A stretch of 64,000 nt of DNA from NCBI GenBank assembly GCA_017499595.2, contig CM039008.1, positions 1 to 64,000 of the forward strand. Reading direction: 5' to 3'. Shown here piece by piece: positions 20,518 to 33,896 of this stretch; position 1 is the first letter of the stretch; every line of letters begins with the position of its first letter. The notes below the pieces were generated by a model. That model was not told where the DNA came from. It made no database searches and saw only the letters and a program-made list of their open reading frames with translations. Made by a program: the position numbers and the translations under genes. Origin of the DNA: Psilocybe cubensis (lineage: Eukaryota).

Positions 20518-23500
20518 AAGCTCCCCGTTTTCTCTACAGACAACAAGGGAGTTCGTCGAATAACAGATTGGGTAGTGTCACCGCAGAAGAAGGCTGAATG
20601 CAGCGCATTGCAAACCATTTTGCCAGCCATCTTCTCTCATATCAAACAGATTGTCAACTTGCGCCACCGCGCTTTGGCAATCAAGATTGAGAAAAAGCGG
20701 TCGACTGCGGCAACAGCCGATGTCGAGATGGCCGATGCGACCAAACCAGGTCCATCGATTCAATCCCTTATTGATAAGGGCTTGAATGCACGTCTCAAGA
20801 AGCTCAACCTTGGATCTGTGGGCAAGAAGGCAAGTTCTCGTAACCCTTCACCCATAATTCTGGATACTAATTACTATTCTAATTACCCAGACTTTGTCTG
20901 GCCAGAATTCGTCCAAGGCTCCTCAACCTCAGGCCAAGAAAGCTGGCCCTTCGAAATTCAAACCCTCGTCGACGCCTTCGCAGAAGAAGCCCCAAACCAA
21001 GGCTTCCAACAAGGTCGACAACAAGAAGAAAGGGAAGGGGAGAGCTCCCGTCAAGAACGATCCAAAGGGAAAGGGAAAGGCAAGAGCCTAGACGCGCGGT
21101 CTAATGTAGTACCTTTTACGTCGGTAAGACCCGCCTTCCCCAACTCTATTCCTGACGATATACTCACCATGACTAAAACAGACGCAGTTTCTTTTGTACA
21201 CTTACATACGCCGATCTCATTCTTGTTGGCTGGCCAGTATCGTAGTAGTGTACACTGTAGTCCTGGTGTGGTGGTCCCTGTAGATATAGCAAATGATTTG
21301 TCGCTCGGACTCAATTATATGTTTTTTACTCTGCCTTCTCAAAGTCTGATCATGCAAGCATGGAATGATTTTCAACGAAGAATAAGATGGCGTATCTATT
21401 TTTTGTTTAAGGAAGGCATGAACAAACCTTTTGATCCAGATTACGGAGTAAGCTCAAAAAAGAAAGAGAAACCTCCAGTATTACCGCAATACATGGAACT
21501 TGGCCTTTCGATGGGACGTCGGTACGTGCAACGCACGATCGCAAGTATCCCGGAAGAAGCCCTTACGGAGATGCGAAAGCACGCGTTCTCTCCTAAAAGG
21601 GACAAGATCCGTAAGTTTCTTATCGATAACAACTATGTTATTACGATGACAGATAAGAATCTTGGCCTCGCGGTGTCTGAACGCGACTGGATATTAAGGA
21701 ATGAGCTCAATCTTCTTGAAGATGAACGTAACTATGAAGAGTTAGAATTCGAAGTTGCGCAAGAAGTAATGAAGAGCAAAATGATCCAGATGCAAACTCT
21801 TGCACGTACCGTCGAAGATGAACATCTGTTTCTATTTGAACTTGGGTTGTCTCGATTCTTTCTATCGAATGTACCGGAAGACGGATCATCGTTCAAGTAT
21901 CCTCAATTTCATGGTATACCTAAAATCCACAAGAAACCTACTGGATTTAGGCCCATAATTCCGTGTCACTCTGTAGTATTTAATCCTGCAGCCAAGTTTG
22001 TATCAAAAGAGCTTAAGCCGATTATTAAATCGACTCCTTCAATCATTCACGGAACGAAGGATCTCTTTACGAGATTAAGCCAATTGCGTATAGACCCCAA
22101 ACGACAATGGTATTTTGTCACCGGGGATGTAGTTGCTTTCTATCCCAATATTCCGTTGGACTTGTGCATCGAAATCGTTTGTAGTATGTACGAGGAATGG
22201 TTACTCAATGCTTCGGAAGAAAACACTGCATTAGCCCATATTAATCCAAATTCGTTAGAGAATAACTTGGTTAAATTGGGCATCTTTAAACGTGCTATCG
22301 AGATTGGCAATACGCAATTGATAACACAACATGGGTCTAGATATTTTAGACAAAAAAATGGCCTCGCAATGGGCGTCGCGGATTCTCCGGACCTTGCTAA
22401 CCTCTTTGGAGCCCATTTTGAAATAAAGTCAAAAATCTTAGACCACCCTAATGTGGCCTTCTATGGAAGGTACATCGACGATTGTTTTGCAATTGTTTAC
22501 GCCGAGTCCGAAGCACTTGCACTTAATTTAATTAAAGAAACAATAAAGTTCGATGGTTGTGTTATCGAATGGGCTGTTTCCTCGTCGGGATGTCAATTTC
22601 TCGATGCTTTCATATTCAAGGAGTCTGGAAAACTTCATTGGAAGCCTTTTGTCAAGACAGGAAACAACCGAGAACGAGTTCCATGGGTATCACATCATCC
22701 TTTAGACGTCAAACGTGGCGTTTACATTGGAGAGTTATCCAGGTTAGCCGTGCTATGTAGTACCAAGGAAATCTACATTGGAGCAATTAGAGACCTTAAC
22801 GCTCTCTATTTGATGCGCGGTTATCCCGAAAACCTAGTCATGTCTTGGTGTAAGAAGAATATACAAGAACGTTGGGAAAAGCGATTCGCTTTACGAATCG
22901 CAGAGCACGACGAATCCATTCTTGTACTTAAAACCAGGTTTGATCAGGTATGGAATTGGTTTTCAGCTGCTGAACTTGGAAAAACTGTTACCGAGTACTG
23001 GTCGGCATGGTATGAACATGCCGAGAAAGGTCTGTATAGTGTAGACTCGTCCAGACCCCTTATCAAACCAGATCCAAATTACGTTCACGACCTCGATGAT
23101 GTTCGCCCGGAGCTGTTCACACAGATCCTCGTGGACGGAGAAACTGAGTTCGTACCGGATTTGAGGAAGATAGGACTACTCGGAAGTCGTTGGATAGTAT
23201 CGCGAAAGCGCAATACTAATCTTTTCGACCTTGCAAATGTGTGGAAGAAAACAGTTTTTCGTAAACTGGATGAAGACATTGCCGAAAAAGGTGGTGTTGT
23301 TCCCGAAACTCAAAACGTTAATGAAACTTATCATTCTGCTCTAGTTGAAGCTGCTGAACAGATAAGTATCGAAAGCGATAACGAGATAATACTTCATAGA
23401 CGTTCAATCTCACAAGAGAGGGAACATCCAGAATTCGGCAGAATATCCAAATCTTACAACCGATGAAAAGAATACTAGCGCTTAAGGCGTAAAGCATTAG

Positions 23501-24309
23501 AAAAAAACCCTAACCGTAAGTATTCATTGCTATAAAGTAACAAACATCTACTTACAAGCAACACATTGGATTAAATAGCTAAACCTAAACCTAAACCCTA
23601 AACCCTAAACCCTAAGCCCTAACCTAACCCCAACCCTAAGCTAACTAAGTCTAACCTTAGTAGGAAGTAAGGTAGGCGTGTGAACTTCCGAACGGCATGT
23701 GATTGTGAAGGGCCGGATCTAATTTAGTACATGGGAAAAGTTACTTAGTACTTCGGGAAAAGTTCCTTAGTACCGTGGAAACATTTTTGATGGACCGGAT
23801 CATGAACTGTCCAATTAAGATTCACAACAATCAATCAATTGATTGTTAGGTAAGGACCCAGGTAAGCTATTTATACTCTTGACATGTGAATATTCCCATG
23901 TCGCGGTTACTCGGAGCCACGTAACCAGAGTAATCTATATCCATGTGATTCACATCACAGTCAATAACCCACGATGTCAAAGAACAAAAGTGTTGGATCC
24001 ACTTTTGACAGGTTACCATGTGCCACATTGACCCGTGACACTCTGTTCATCAGAGACCTGTCTAACTTGACAATAAACATTGACAGATTTGTGATAGTCG
24101 GTAAGATACATGACAGCTGCACAGCATCACTTCACGCGCTGTCATCGGATGTCTAGAACATTCCTTCTAAGAATAGCCACTGAAGAGTCTATAAAGACGA
24201 AAGGGCTGGTTGTTGGTACCCCCCAACAGCCCTCTGGCCTTCTTTCCATTTAACTCACAGTTTAAACAAGTCGCTCGCACCTCGCTTCGCTCGGTGCTCG
24301 CTCCCCCCC
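20518..24309 (+). mobile_element. 5'-truncated copy E (ORF remnant to 23466; intact hammerhead 24175-24239)
   Basis: Starts at AAGCTCCCCG (KLPVF) after telomeric tract 20460-20517. Confidence 0.92.
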
Positions 24310-24365
24310 TAAACCCTAAACCCTAAACCCTAAACCCTAAACCCTAAACCCTAAACCCTAAACCC

Positions 24366-25136
24366 TAGCCACTGAAGAGTCTATAAAGACGAAAGGGCTG
24401 GCTGCTGATAACAATCAACAGCCCTCTGGCTACTTTCCATTTAACTCACAGTTTAAATTAGTCGCTCGCACCTCGCTTCGCTCGGTGCTCGCTCCCCCCC
24501 TAAACCCGTTACCATGTGCCACATCGACCCGTGACACTCTGTTCATCAGAGATCTGTCTAACTTGACAATAAACATTGACAGATTTGTGATAGTCGGTAA
24601 GATACATGACAGCTGCGCAGCATCACTTCACGCGCTGTCATCGGATGTTCCAGAACATTCCTTCTAAGAATAGCCACTGAAGAGTCTATAAAGACGAAAG
24701 GGCTGGCTGCTGATAACAATCAACAGCCCTCTGGCTACTTTCCATTTAACTCACAGTTTAAATTAGTCGCTCGCACCTCGCTTCGCTCGGTGCTCGCTCC
24801 CCCCCTAAACCCTAAACCCTAAACCCTAAACCCTAAACCCTAAACCCTAAACCCTAAACCCGTGACACTCTGTTCATCAGAGACCTGTCTAACTTGACAA
24901 TAAACATTGACAGATTTGTGATAGTCGGTAAGATACATGACAGCTGCACAGCATCACTTCACGCGCTGTCATCGGATGTCTAGAACATTCCTTCTAAGAA
25001 TAGCCACTGAAGAGTCTATAAAGACGAAAGGGCTGGTTGTTGGTACCCCCCAACAGCCCTCTGGCCTTCTTTCCATTTAACTCACAGTTTAAACAAGTCG
25101 CTCGCACCTCGCTTCGCTCGGTGCTCGCTCCCCCCC
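24366..25136 (+). mobile_element. Three short 3'-terminal pLTR fragments (24366-24500, 24508-24805, 24862-25136), each with an intact hammerhead
   Basis: Each ends at CTCGCTCCCCCCC followed by TAAACCC repeats; hammerheads at 24366-24432, 24671-24737, 25001-25066. Confidence 0.9.
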
Positions 25137-28100
25137 TAAACCTAAACCTAAACCCTAAACCCTAAACCCTAAGCCCTAACCTAACCCCAACCCTAAGCTA
25201 ACTAAGTCTAACCTTAGTAGGAAGTAAGGTAGGCGTGTGAACTTCCGAACGGCATGTGATTGTGAAGGGCCGGATCTAATTTAGTACATGGGAAAAGTTA
25301 CTTAGTACTTCGGGAAAAGTTCCTTAGTACCGTGGAAACATTTTTGATGGACCGGATCATGAACTGTCCAATTAAGATTCACAACAATCAATCAATTGAT
25401 TGTTAGGTAAGGACCCAGGTAAGCTATTTATACTCTTGACATGTGAATATTCCCATGTCGCGGTTACTCGGAGCCACGTAACCAGAGTAATCTATATCCA
25501 TGTGATTCACATCACAGTCAATAACCCACGATGTCAAAGAACAAAAGTGTTGGATCCACTTTTGACAGGTTACCATGTGCCACATTGACCCGTGACACTC
25601 TGTTCATCAGAGACCTGTCTAACTTGACAATAAACATTGACAGATTTGTGATAGTCGGTAAGATACATGACAGCTGCACAGCATCACTTCACGCGCTGTC
25701 ATCGGATGTCTAGAACATTCCTTCTAAGAATAGCCACTGAAGAGTCTATAAAGACGAAAGGGCTGGTTGTTGGTACCCCCCAACAGCCCTCTGGCCTTCT
25801 TTCCATTTAACTCACAGTTTAAACAAGTCGCTCGCACCTCGCTTCGCTCGGTGCTCGCTCCCCCCCTAAACCCAACGACTTTGCTATTACCCAACAGCTA
25901 CCATGTCTTCCACTTACTCTGCTGCCTTCTCTCGTGCCATGTCCCCCACCCTGGACGCACTCACCCAGGCTGTCGTCAACAACACAGTTTTTGGCGTCAA
26001 CGACGAAGCTGGCCGCCACAACGCCCTCATCGACGAGTTGGCCACTGTCGTCATCAAGAAAATAGCTGAGTGCCGCTCCATTGACCAGATTGTAGACTGC
26101 GTCTTTTTTGACTATCGTGCTGCCCTTAGGGAGTTTCTCCTCAACCTCGCATCGTGGTGCGATAAGAGGGAAACAGTCAAGGCTAGCCTCGAGCGCCTTG
26201 AACTTGCCGTTAGCGCAGGCAACACCCCCAATCGCCTTCGGGTGAAGGCTCCCGAGTTCCAACTTACGAAGGAATTCGCGGATGCCGGGTCAGCGGAAGC
26301 TCTTCGAGTTTCCTCTACGTTCTCCACCGCTCGTGATGTCTTCCAAAAGGCAATCAACGACGGCGCCATTCAGGCGAAAAAGGACGAACTGGCCTTTTGG
26401 GATGATAAATGCGCACTCAATAACTGTTATGAAGCTGCTGCCCTCATCGTTAAGACAACTTACGATGATCGCAAATCCAGCTATAAGCTCCCCGTTTTCT
26501 CTACAGACAACAAGGGAGTTCGTCGAATAACAGATTGGGTAGTGTCACCGCAGAAGAAGGCTGAATGCAGCGCATTGCAAACCATTTTGCCAGCCATCTT
26601 CTCTCATATCAAACAGATTGTCAACTTGCGCCACCGCGCTTTGGCAATCAAGATTGAGAAAAAGCGGTCGACTGCGGCAACAGCCGATGTCGAGATGGCC
26701 GATGCGACCAAACCAGGTCCATCGATTCAATCCCTTATTGATAAGGGCTTGAATGCACGTCTCAAGAAGCTCAACCTTGGATCTGTGGGCAAGAAGGCAA
26801 GTTCTCGTAACCCTTCACCCATAATTCTGGATACTAATTACTATTCTAATTACCCAGACTTTGTCTGGCCAGAATTCGTCCAAGGCTCCTCAACCTCAGG
26901 CCAAGAAAGCTGGCCCTTCGAAATTCAAACCCTCGTCGACGCCTTCGCAGAAGAAGCCCCAAACCAAGGCTTCCAACAAGGTCGACAACAAGAAGAAAGG
27001 GAAGGGGAGAGCTCCCGTCAAGAACGATCCAAAGGGAAAGGGAAAGGCAAGAGCCTAGACGCGCGGTCTAATGTAGTACCTTTTACGTCGGTAAGACCCG
27101 CCTTCCCCAACTCTATTCCTGACGATATACTCACCATGACTAAAACAGACGCAGTTTCTTTTGTACACTTACATACGCCGATCTCATTCTTGTTGGCTGG
27201 CCAGTATCGTAGTAGTGTACACTGTAGTCCTGGTGTGGTGGTCCCTGTAGATATAGCAAATGATTTGTCGCTCGGACTCAATTATATGTTTTTTACTCTG
27301 CCTTCTCAAAGTCTGATCATGCAAGCATGGAATGATTTTCAACGAAGAATAAGATGGCGTATCTATTTTTTGTTTAAGGAAGGCATGAACAAACCTTTTG
27401 ATCCAGATTACGGAGTAAGCTCAAAAAAGAAAGAGAAACCTCCAGTATTACCGCAATACATGGAACTTGGCCTTTCGATGGGACGTCGGTACGTGCAACG
27501 CACGATCGCAAGTATCCCGGAAGAAGCCCTTACGGAGATGCGAAAGCACGCGTTCTCTCCTAAAAGGGACAAGATCCGTAAGTTTCTTATCGATAACAAC
27601 TATGTTATTACGATGACAGATAAGAATCTTGGCCTCGCGGTGTCTGAACGCGACTGGATATTAAGGAATGAGCTCAATCTTCTTGAAGATGAACGTAACT
27701 ATGAAGAGTTAGAATTCGAAGTTGCGCAAGAAGTAATGAAGAGCAAAATGATCCAGATGCAAACTCTTGCACGTACCGTCGAAGATGAACATCTGTTTCT
27801 ATTTGAACTTGGGTTGTCTCGATTCTTTCTATCGAATGTACCGGAAGACGGATCATCGTTCAAGTATCCTCAATTTCATGGTATACCTAAAATCCACAAG
27901 AAACCTACTGGATTTAGGCCCATAATTCCGTGTCACTCTGTAGTATTTAATCCTGCAGCCAAGTTTGTATCAAAAGAGCTTAAGCCGATTATTAAATCGA
28001 CTCCTTCAATCATTCACGGAACGAAGGATCTCTTTACGAGATTAAGCCAATTGCGTATAGACCCCAAACGACAATGGTATTTTGTCACCGGGGATGTAGT

Positions 28101-30276
28101 TGCTTTCTATCCCAATATTCCGTTGGACTTGTGCATCGAAATCGTTTGTAGTATGTACGAGGAATGGTTACTCAATGCTTCGGAAGAAAACACTGCATTA
28201 GCCCATATTAATCCAAATTCGTTAGAGAATAACTTGGTTAAATTGGGCATCTTTAAACGTGCTATCGAGATTGGCAATACGCAATTGATAACACAACATG
28301 GGTCTAGATATTTTAGACAAAAAAATGGCCTCGCAATGGGCGTCGCGGATTCTCCGGACCTTGCTAACCTCTTTGGAGCCCATTTTGAAATAAAGTCAAA
28401 AATCTTAGACCACCCTAATGTGGCCTTCTATGGAAGGTACATCGACGATTGTTTTGCAATTGTTTACGCCGAGTCCGAAGCACTTGCACTTAATTTAATT
28501 AAAGAAACAATAAAGTTCGATGGTTGTGTTATCGAATGGGCTGTTTCCTCGTCGGGATGTCAATTTCTCGATGCTTTCATATTCAAGGAGTCTGGAAAAC
28601 TTCATTGGAAGCCTTTTGTCAAGACAGGAAACAACCGAGAACGAGTTCCATGGGTATCACATCATCCTTTAGACGTCAAACGTGGCGTTTACATTGGAGA
28701 GTTATCCAGGTTAGCCGTGCTATGTAGTACCAAGGAAATCTACATTGGAGCAATTAGAGACCTTAACGCTCTCTATTTGATGCGCGGTTATCCCGAAAAC
28801 CTAGTCATGTCTTGGTGTAAGAAGAATATACAAGAACGTTGGGAAAAGCGATTCGCTTTACGAATCGCAGAGCACGACGAATCCATTCTTGTACTTAAAA
28901 CCAGGTTTGATCAGGTATGGAATTGGTTTTCAGCTGCTGAACTTGGAAAAACTGTTACCGAGTACTGGTCGGCATGGTATGAACATGCCGAGAAAGGTCT
29001 GTATAGTGTAGACTCGTCCAGACCCCTTATCAAACCAGATCCAAATTACGTTCACGACCTCGATGATGTTCGCCCGGAGCTGTTCACACAGATCCTCGTG
29101 GACGGAGAAACTGAGTTCGTACCGGATTTGAGGAAGATAGGACTACTCGGAAGTCGTTGGATAGTATCGCGAAAGCGCAATACTAATCTTTTCGACCTTG
29201 CAAATGTGTGGAAGAAAACAGTTTTTCGTAAACTGGATGAAGACATTGCCGAAAAAGGTGGTGTTGTTCCCGAAACTCAAAACGTTAATGAAACTTATCA
29301 TTCTGCTCTAGTTGAAGCTGCTGAACAGATAAGTATCGAAAGCGATAACGAGATAATACTTCATAGACGTTCAATCTCACAAGAGAGGGAACATCCAGAA
29401 TTCGGCAGAATATCCAAATCTTACAACCGATGAAAAGAATACTAGCGCTTAAGGCGTAAAGCATTAGAAAAAAACCCTAACCGTAAGTATTCATTGCTAT
29501 AAAGTAACAAACATCTACTTACAAGCAACACATTGGATTAAATAGCTAAACCTAAACCTAAACCCTAAACCCTAAACCCTAAGCCCTAACCTAACCCCAA
29601 CCCTAAGCTAACTAAGTCTAACCTTAGTAGGAAGTAAGGTAGGCGTGTGAACTTCCGAACGGCATGTGATTGTGAAGGGCCGGATCTAATTTAGTACATG
29701 GGAAAAGTTACTTAGTACTTCGGGAAAAGTTCCTTAGTACCGTGGAAACATTTTTGATGGACCGGATCATGAACTGTCCAATTAAGATTCACAACAATCA
29801 ATCAATTGATTGTTAGGTAAGGACCCAGGTAAGCTATTTATACTCTTGACATGTGAATATTCCCATGTCGCGGTTACTCGGAGCCACGTAACCAGAGTAA
29901 TCTATATCCATGTGATTCACATCACAGTCAATAACCCACGATGTCAAAGAACAAAAGTGTTGGATCCACTTTTGACAGGTTACCATGTGCCACATTGACC
30001 CGTGACACTCTGTTCATCAGAGACCTGTCTAACTTGACAATAAACATTGACAGATTTGTGATAGTCGGTAAGATACATGACAGCTGCACAGCATCACTTC
30101 ACGCGCTGTCATCGGATGTCTAGAACATTCCTTCTAAGAATAGCCACTGAAGAGTCTATAAAGACGAAAGGGCTGGTTGTTGGTACCCCCCAACAGCCCT
30201 CTGGCCTTCTTTCCATTTAACTCACAGTTTAAACAAGTCGCTCGCACCTCGCTTCGCTCGGTGCTCGCTCCCCCCC
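25137..30276 (+). mobile_element. Full-length copy F with an intron-less 5' pLTR
   Basis: CAGCCCT|CTGGCC junction at 25790/25791 runs into TAAACCCAACGAC and the ORF; hammerheads at 25731-25796 and 30141-30206. Confidence 0.92.
25903..29433 (+). CDS. Penelope-like RT polyprotein (1176 aa), intact
   Basis: Same RT motifs. Confidence 0.93.
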   Translation: MSSTYSAAFSRAMSPTLDALTQAVVNNTVFGVNDEAGRHNALIDELATVVIKKIAECRSIDQIVDCVFFDYRAALREFLLNLASWCDKRETVKASLERLELAVSAGNTPNRLRVKAPEFQLTKEFADAGSAEALRVSSTFSTARDVFQKAINDGAIQAKKDELAFWDDKCALNNCYEAAALIVKTTYDDRKSSYKLPVFSTDNKGVRRITDWVVSPQKKAECSALQTILPAIFSHIKQIVNLRHRALAIKIEKKRSTAATADVEMADATKPGPSIQSLIDKGLNARLKKLNLGSVGKKASSRNPSPIILDTNYYSNYPDFVWPEFVQGSSTSGQESWPFEIQTLVDAFAEEAPNQGFQQGRQQEEREGESSRQERSKGKGKGKSLDARSNVVPFTSVRPAFPNSIPDDILTMTKTDAVSFVHLHTPISFLLAGQYRSSVHCSPGVVVPVDIANDLSLGLNYMFFTLPSQSLIMQAWNDFQRRIRWRIYFLFKEGMNKPFDPDYGVSSKKKEKPPVLPQYMELGLSMGRRYVQRTIASIPEEALTEMRKHAFSPKRDKIRKFLIDNNYVITMTDKNLGLAVSERDWILRNELNLLEDERNYEELEFEVAQEVMKSKMIQMQTLARTVEDEHLFLFELGLSRFFLSNVPEDGSSFKYPQFHGIPKIHKKPTGFRPIIPCHSVVFNPAAKFVSKELKPIIKSTPSIIHGTKDLFTRLSQLRIDPKRQWYFVTGDVVAFYPNIPLDLCIEIVCSMYEEWLLNASEENTALAHINPNSLENNLVKLGIFKRAIEIGNTQLITQHGSRYFRQKNGLAMGVADSPDLANLFGAHFEIKSKILDHPNVAFYGRYIDDCFAIVYAESEALALNLIKETIKFDGCVIEWAVSSSGCQFLDAFIFKESGKLHWKPFVKTGNNRERVPWVSHHPLDVKRGVYIGELSRLAVLCSTKEIYIGAIRDLNALYLMRGYPENLVMSWCKKNIQERWEKRFALRIAEHDESILVLKTRFDQVWNWFSAAELGKTVTEYWSAWYEHAEKGLYSVDSSRPLIKPDPNYVHDLDDVRPELFTQILVDGETEFVPDLRKIGLLGSRWIVSRKRNTNLFDLANVWKKTVFRKLDEDIAEKGGVVPETQNVNETYHSALVEAAEQISIESDNEIILHRRSISQEREHPEFGRISKSYNR

Positions 30277-31002
30277 TAAAACCTAAACCCTAAACCCTAA
30301 ACCCTAAGCCCTAACCTAACCCCAACCCTAAGCTAACTAAGTCTAACCTTAGTAGGAAGTAAGGTAGGCGTGTGAACTTCCGAAAGGCATGTGATTGTGA
30401 AGGGCCGGATCTAATTTAGTACATGGGAAAAGTTACTTAGTACCTCGGGAAAAGTTCCTTAGTACCGTGGAAACATTTTTGATGGACCGGATCATGAACT
30501 GTCCAATTAAGATTCACAACAATCAATCAATTGATTGTTAGGTAAGGACCCAGGTAAGCTATTTATACTCTTGACATGAGAATATTCCCATGTCACGGTT
30601 ACTCGGAGCCACGTAACCAGAGTATTTTATATCCATGTGATTCACATCACAGTCAATAACCCACGATGTCAAAGAACAAAAGTGTTGGATCCACTTTTGA
30701 CAGGTTACCATGTGCCACATCGACCCGTGACACTCTGTTCATCAGAGATCTGTCTAACTTGACAATAAACATTGACAGATTTGTGATAGTCGGTAAAATA
30801 CATGACAGCTGCGCAGCATCACTTCACGCACTGTCATCGGATGTTCCAGAACATTCCTTCTAAGAATAGCCACTGAAGAGTCTATAAAGACGAAAGGGCT
30901 GGCTGCTGATAACAATCAACAGCCCTCTGGCCTTCTTTCCATTTAACTCACAGTTTAAACAAGTCGCTCGCACCTCGCTTCGCTCGGTGCTCGCTCCCCC
31001 CC
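30277..31002 (+). mobile_element. Solo pLTR with intact hammerhead (30867-30932)
   Basis: pLTR between telomeric blocks. Confidence 0.88.
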
Positions 31003-31040
31003 TAAACCCTAAACCCTAAACCCTAAACCAACCCTAACCC

Positions 31041-33896
31041 TCAAAAAAGAAAGAGAAACTCCCAGTATTACCGCAATACATGGAACTTGGCCTTTCGATG
31101 GGACGTCGGTACGTGCAACGCACGATCGCAAGTATCCCGGAAGAAGCCCTTACGGAGATGCGAAAGCACGCGTTCTCTCCTAAAAGGGACAAGATCCGTA
31201 AGTTTCTTATCGATAACAACTATGTTATTACGATGACAGATAAGAATCTTGGCCTCGCGGTGTCTGAACGCGACTGGATATTAAGGAATGAGCTCAATCT
31301 TCTTGAAGATGAACGTAACTACGAAGAGTTAGAATTCGAAGTTGCGCAAGAAGTGATGAAGAGCAAAATGATACAGATGCAAACGCTCGCACGTACTGTC
31401 GAAGATGAACATCTGTTTCTATTTGAACTTGGGTTGTCTCGATTCTTTCTATCGAATGTACCGGAAGACGGATCATCGTTCAAGTATCCTCAATTTCATG
31501 GTATACCTAAAATCCACAAGAAACCTACTGGATTTAGGCCCATAATTCCGTGTCACTCTGTAGTATTTAATCCTGCAGCCAAGTTTGTATCAAAAGAGCT
31601 TAAGCCGATTATTAAATCGACTCCTTCAATCATACACGGAACGAAGGATCTCTTTACGAGATTAAGCCAATTGCGTATAGACTCCAAAAGACAATGGTAT
31701 TTTGTCACTGGAGATGTAGTTGCTTTCTATCCCAATATTCCGTTGGACTTGTGCATCGAAATCGTTTGTAGTATGTACGAGGAATGGTTACTCAACGCTT
31801 CGGAAGAAAACACTGCATTAGCCCATATTAATCCAAATTCGTTAGAGAATAACTTGGTTAAATTGGGCATCTTTAAACGTGCTATCGAGATTGGCAATAC
31901 GCAATTGATAACACAACATGGGTCTAGATATTTTAGACAAAAAAATGGCCTCGCAATGGGCGTCGCGGATTCTCCGGACCTTGCTAACCTCTTTGGAGCC
32001 CATTTTGAAATAAAGTCAAAAATCTTAGACCACCCAAACGTGGCCTTCTATGGAAGGTACATCGACGATTGTTTCGCAATTGTTTACGCCGAGTCCGAAG
32101 CACTTGCACTTAATCTTATTAAAGAAACAATAATGTTCGATGGTTGTGTTATCGAATGGGCTGTTTCCTCGTCGGGATGTCAATTTCTCGATGCTTTCAT
32201 ATTCAAGGAGTCTGGAAAACTTCATTGGAAGCCATTTGTCAAGACAGGAAACAACCGAGAACGAATTCCATGGGTATCACATCATCCTTTGGACGTCAAA
32301 CGTGGCGTCTACATTGGAGAGTTATCCAGGTTAGCCGTGCTATGTAGTACCAAGGAAATCTACATTGGAGCAATTAGAGACCTTAACGCTCTCTATTTGA
32401 TGCGCGGTTATCCCGAAAACCTAGTCATGTCTTGGTGTAAGAAGAATATACAAGAACGTTGGGAAAAGCGATTTGCTTTACGAGTCGCAGAGCACGACGA
32501 ATCCATTCTTGTACTTAAAACCAGGTTTGATCAGGTATGGAATTGGTTTTCAGCTGCTGAACTTGGAAAGACTATTACCGAGTACTGGTCGGCATGGTAT
32601 GAACATGCCGAGAAAGGTCTGTATAGTGCAGACTCGTCCAGACCCCTTATCAAACCAGATCCAAATTACGTTCACGACCTCGATGATGTTCGCCCGGAGC
32701 TGTTCACACAGATCCTCGTGGACGGAGAAACTGAGTTCGTACCGGATTTGAGGAAGATAGGACTACTCGGAAGTCGTTGGATAGTATCGCGAAAGCGCAA
32801 TACTAATCTTTTCGACCTTGCAAATGTGTGGAAGAAAACAGTCTTTCGTAAACTGGATGAAGACATCGCTGAAAAAGGTGGTGTTGTTCCCGAAACTCAA
32901 AACGTTAATGAAACTTATCATTCTGCTTTAGTTGAAGCTGCTGAACAGATAAGTATCGAAAGTGATAACGAGATAATACTTCATAGACGTTCAATCTCAC
33001 AAGAGAGGGAACATCCAGAATTCGGCAGAATATCCAAATCTTACAACCGATGAAAAGAATACTAGCGCGTAAGGCGTAAAGCATTAGAAAAAAACCCTAA
33101 CCGTAAGTATTCCTTGCTACAAAGTAACAAACATCTACTTACAAGCAACACATTGGATTAAATAGCTAAACCTAAACCTAAACCCTAAACCCTAAACCCT
33201 AAGCCCTAACCTAACCCCAACCCTAAGCTAACTAAGTCTAACCTTAGTAGGAAGTAAGGTAGGCGTGTGAACTTCCGAAAGGCATGTGATTGTGAAGGGC
33301 CGGATCTAATTTAGTACATGGGAAAAGTTACTTAGTACCTCGGGAAAAGTTCCTTAGTACCGTGGAAACATTTTTGATGGACCGGATCATGAACTGTCCA
33401 ATTAAGATTCACAACAATCAATCAATTGATTGTTAGGTAAGGACCCAGGTAAGCTATTTATACTCTTGACATGAGAATATTCCCATGTCACGGTTACTCG
33501 GAGCCACGTAACCAGAGTATTTTATATCCATGTGATTCACATCACAGTCAATAACCCACGATGTCAAAGAACAAAAGTGTTGGATCCACTTTTGACAGGT
33601 TACCATGTGCCACATCGACCCGTGACACTCTGTTCATCAGAGATCTGTCTAACTTGACAATAAACATTGACAGATTTGTGATAGTCGGTAAGATACATGA
33701 CAGCTGCGCAGCATCACTTCACGCGCTGTCATCGGATGTTCCAGAACATTCCTTCTAAGAATAGCCACTGAAGAGTCTATAAAGACGAAAGGGCTGGCTG
33801 CTGATAACAATCAACAGCCCTCTGGCTACTTTCCATTTAACTCACAGTTTAAATTAGTCGCTCGCACCTCGCTTCGCTCGGTGCTCGCTCCCCCCC
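31041..33896 (+). mobile_element. 5'-truncated copy G (RT remnant to 33053; hammerhead 33762-33828), innermost member of the array
   Basis: Begins at TCAAAAAAGAAAG (SKKKEK) after telomeric tract 31003-31040. Confidence 0.92.
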
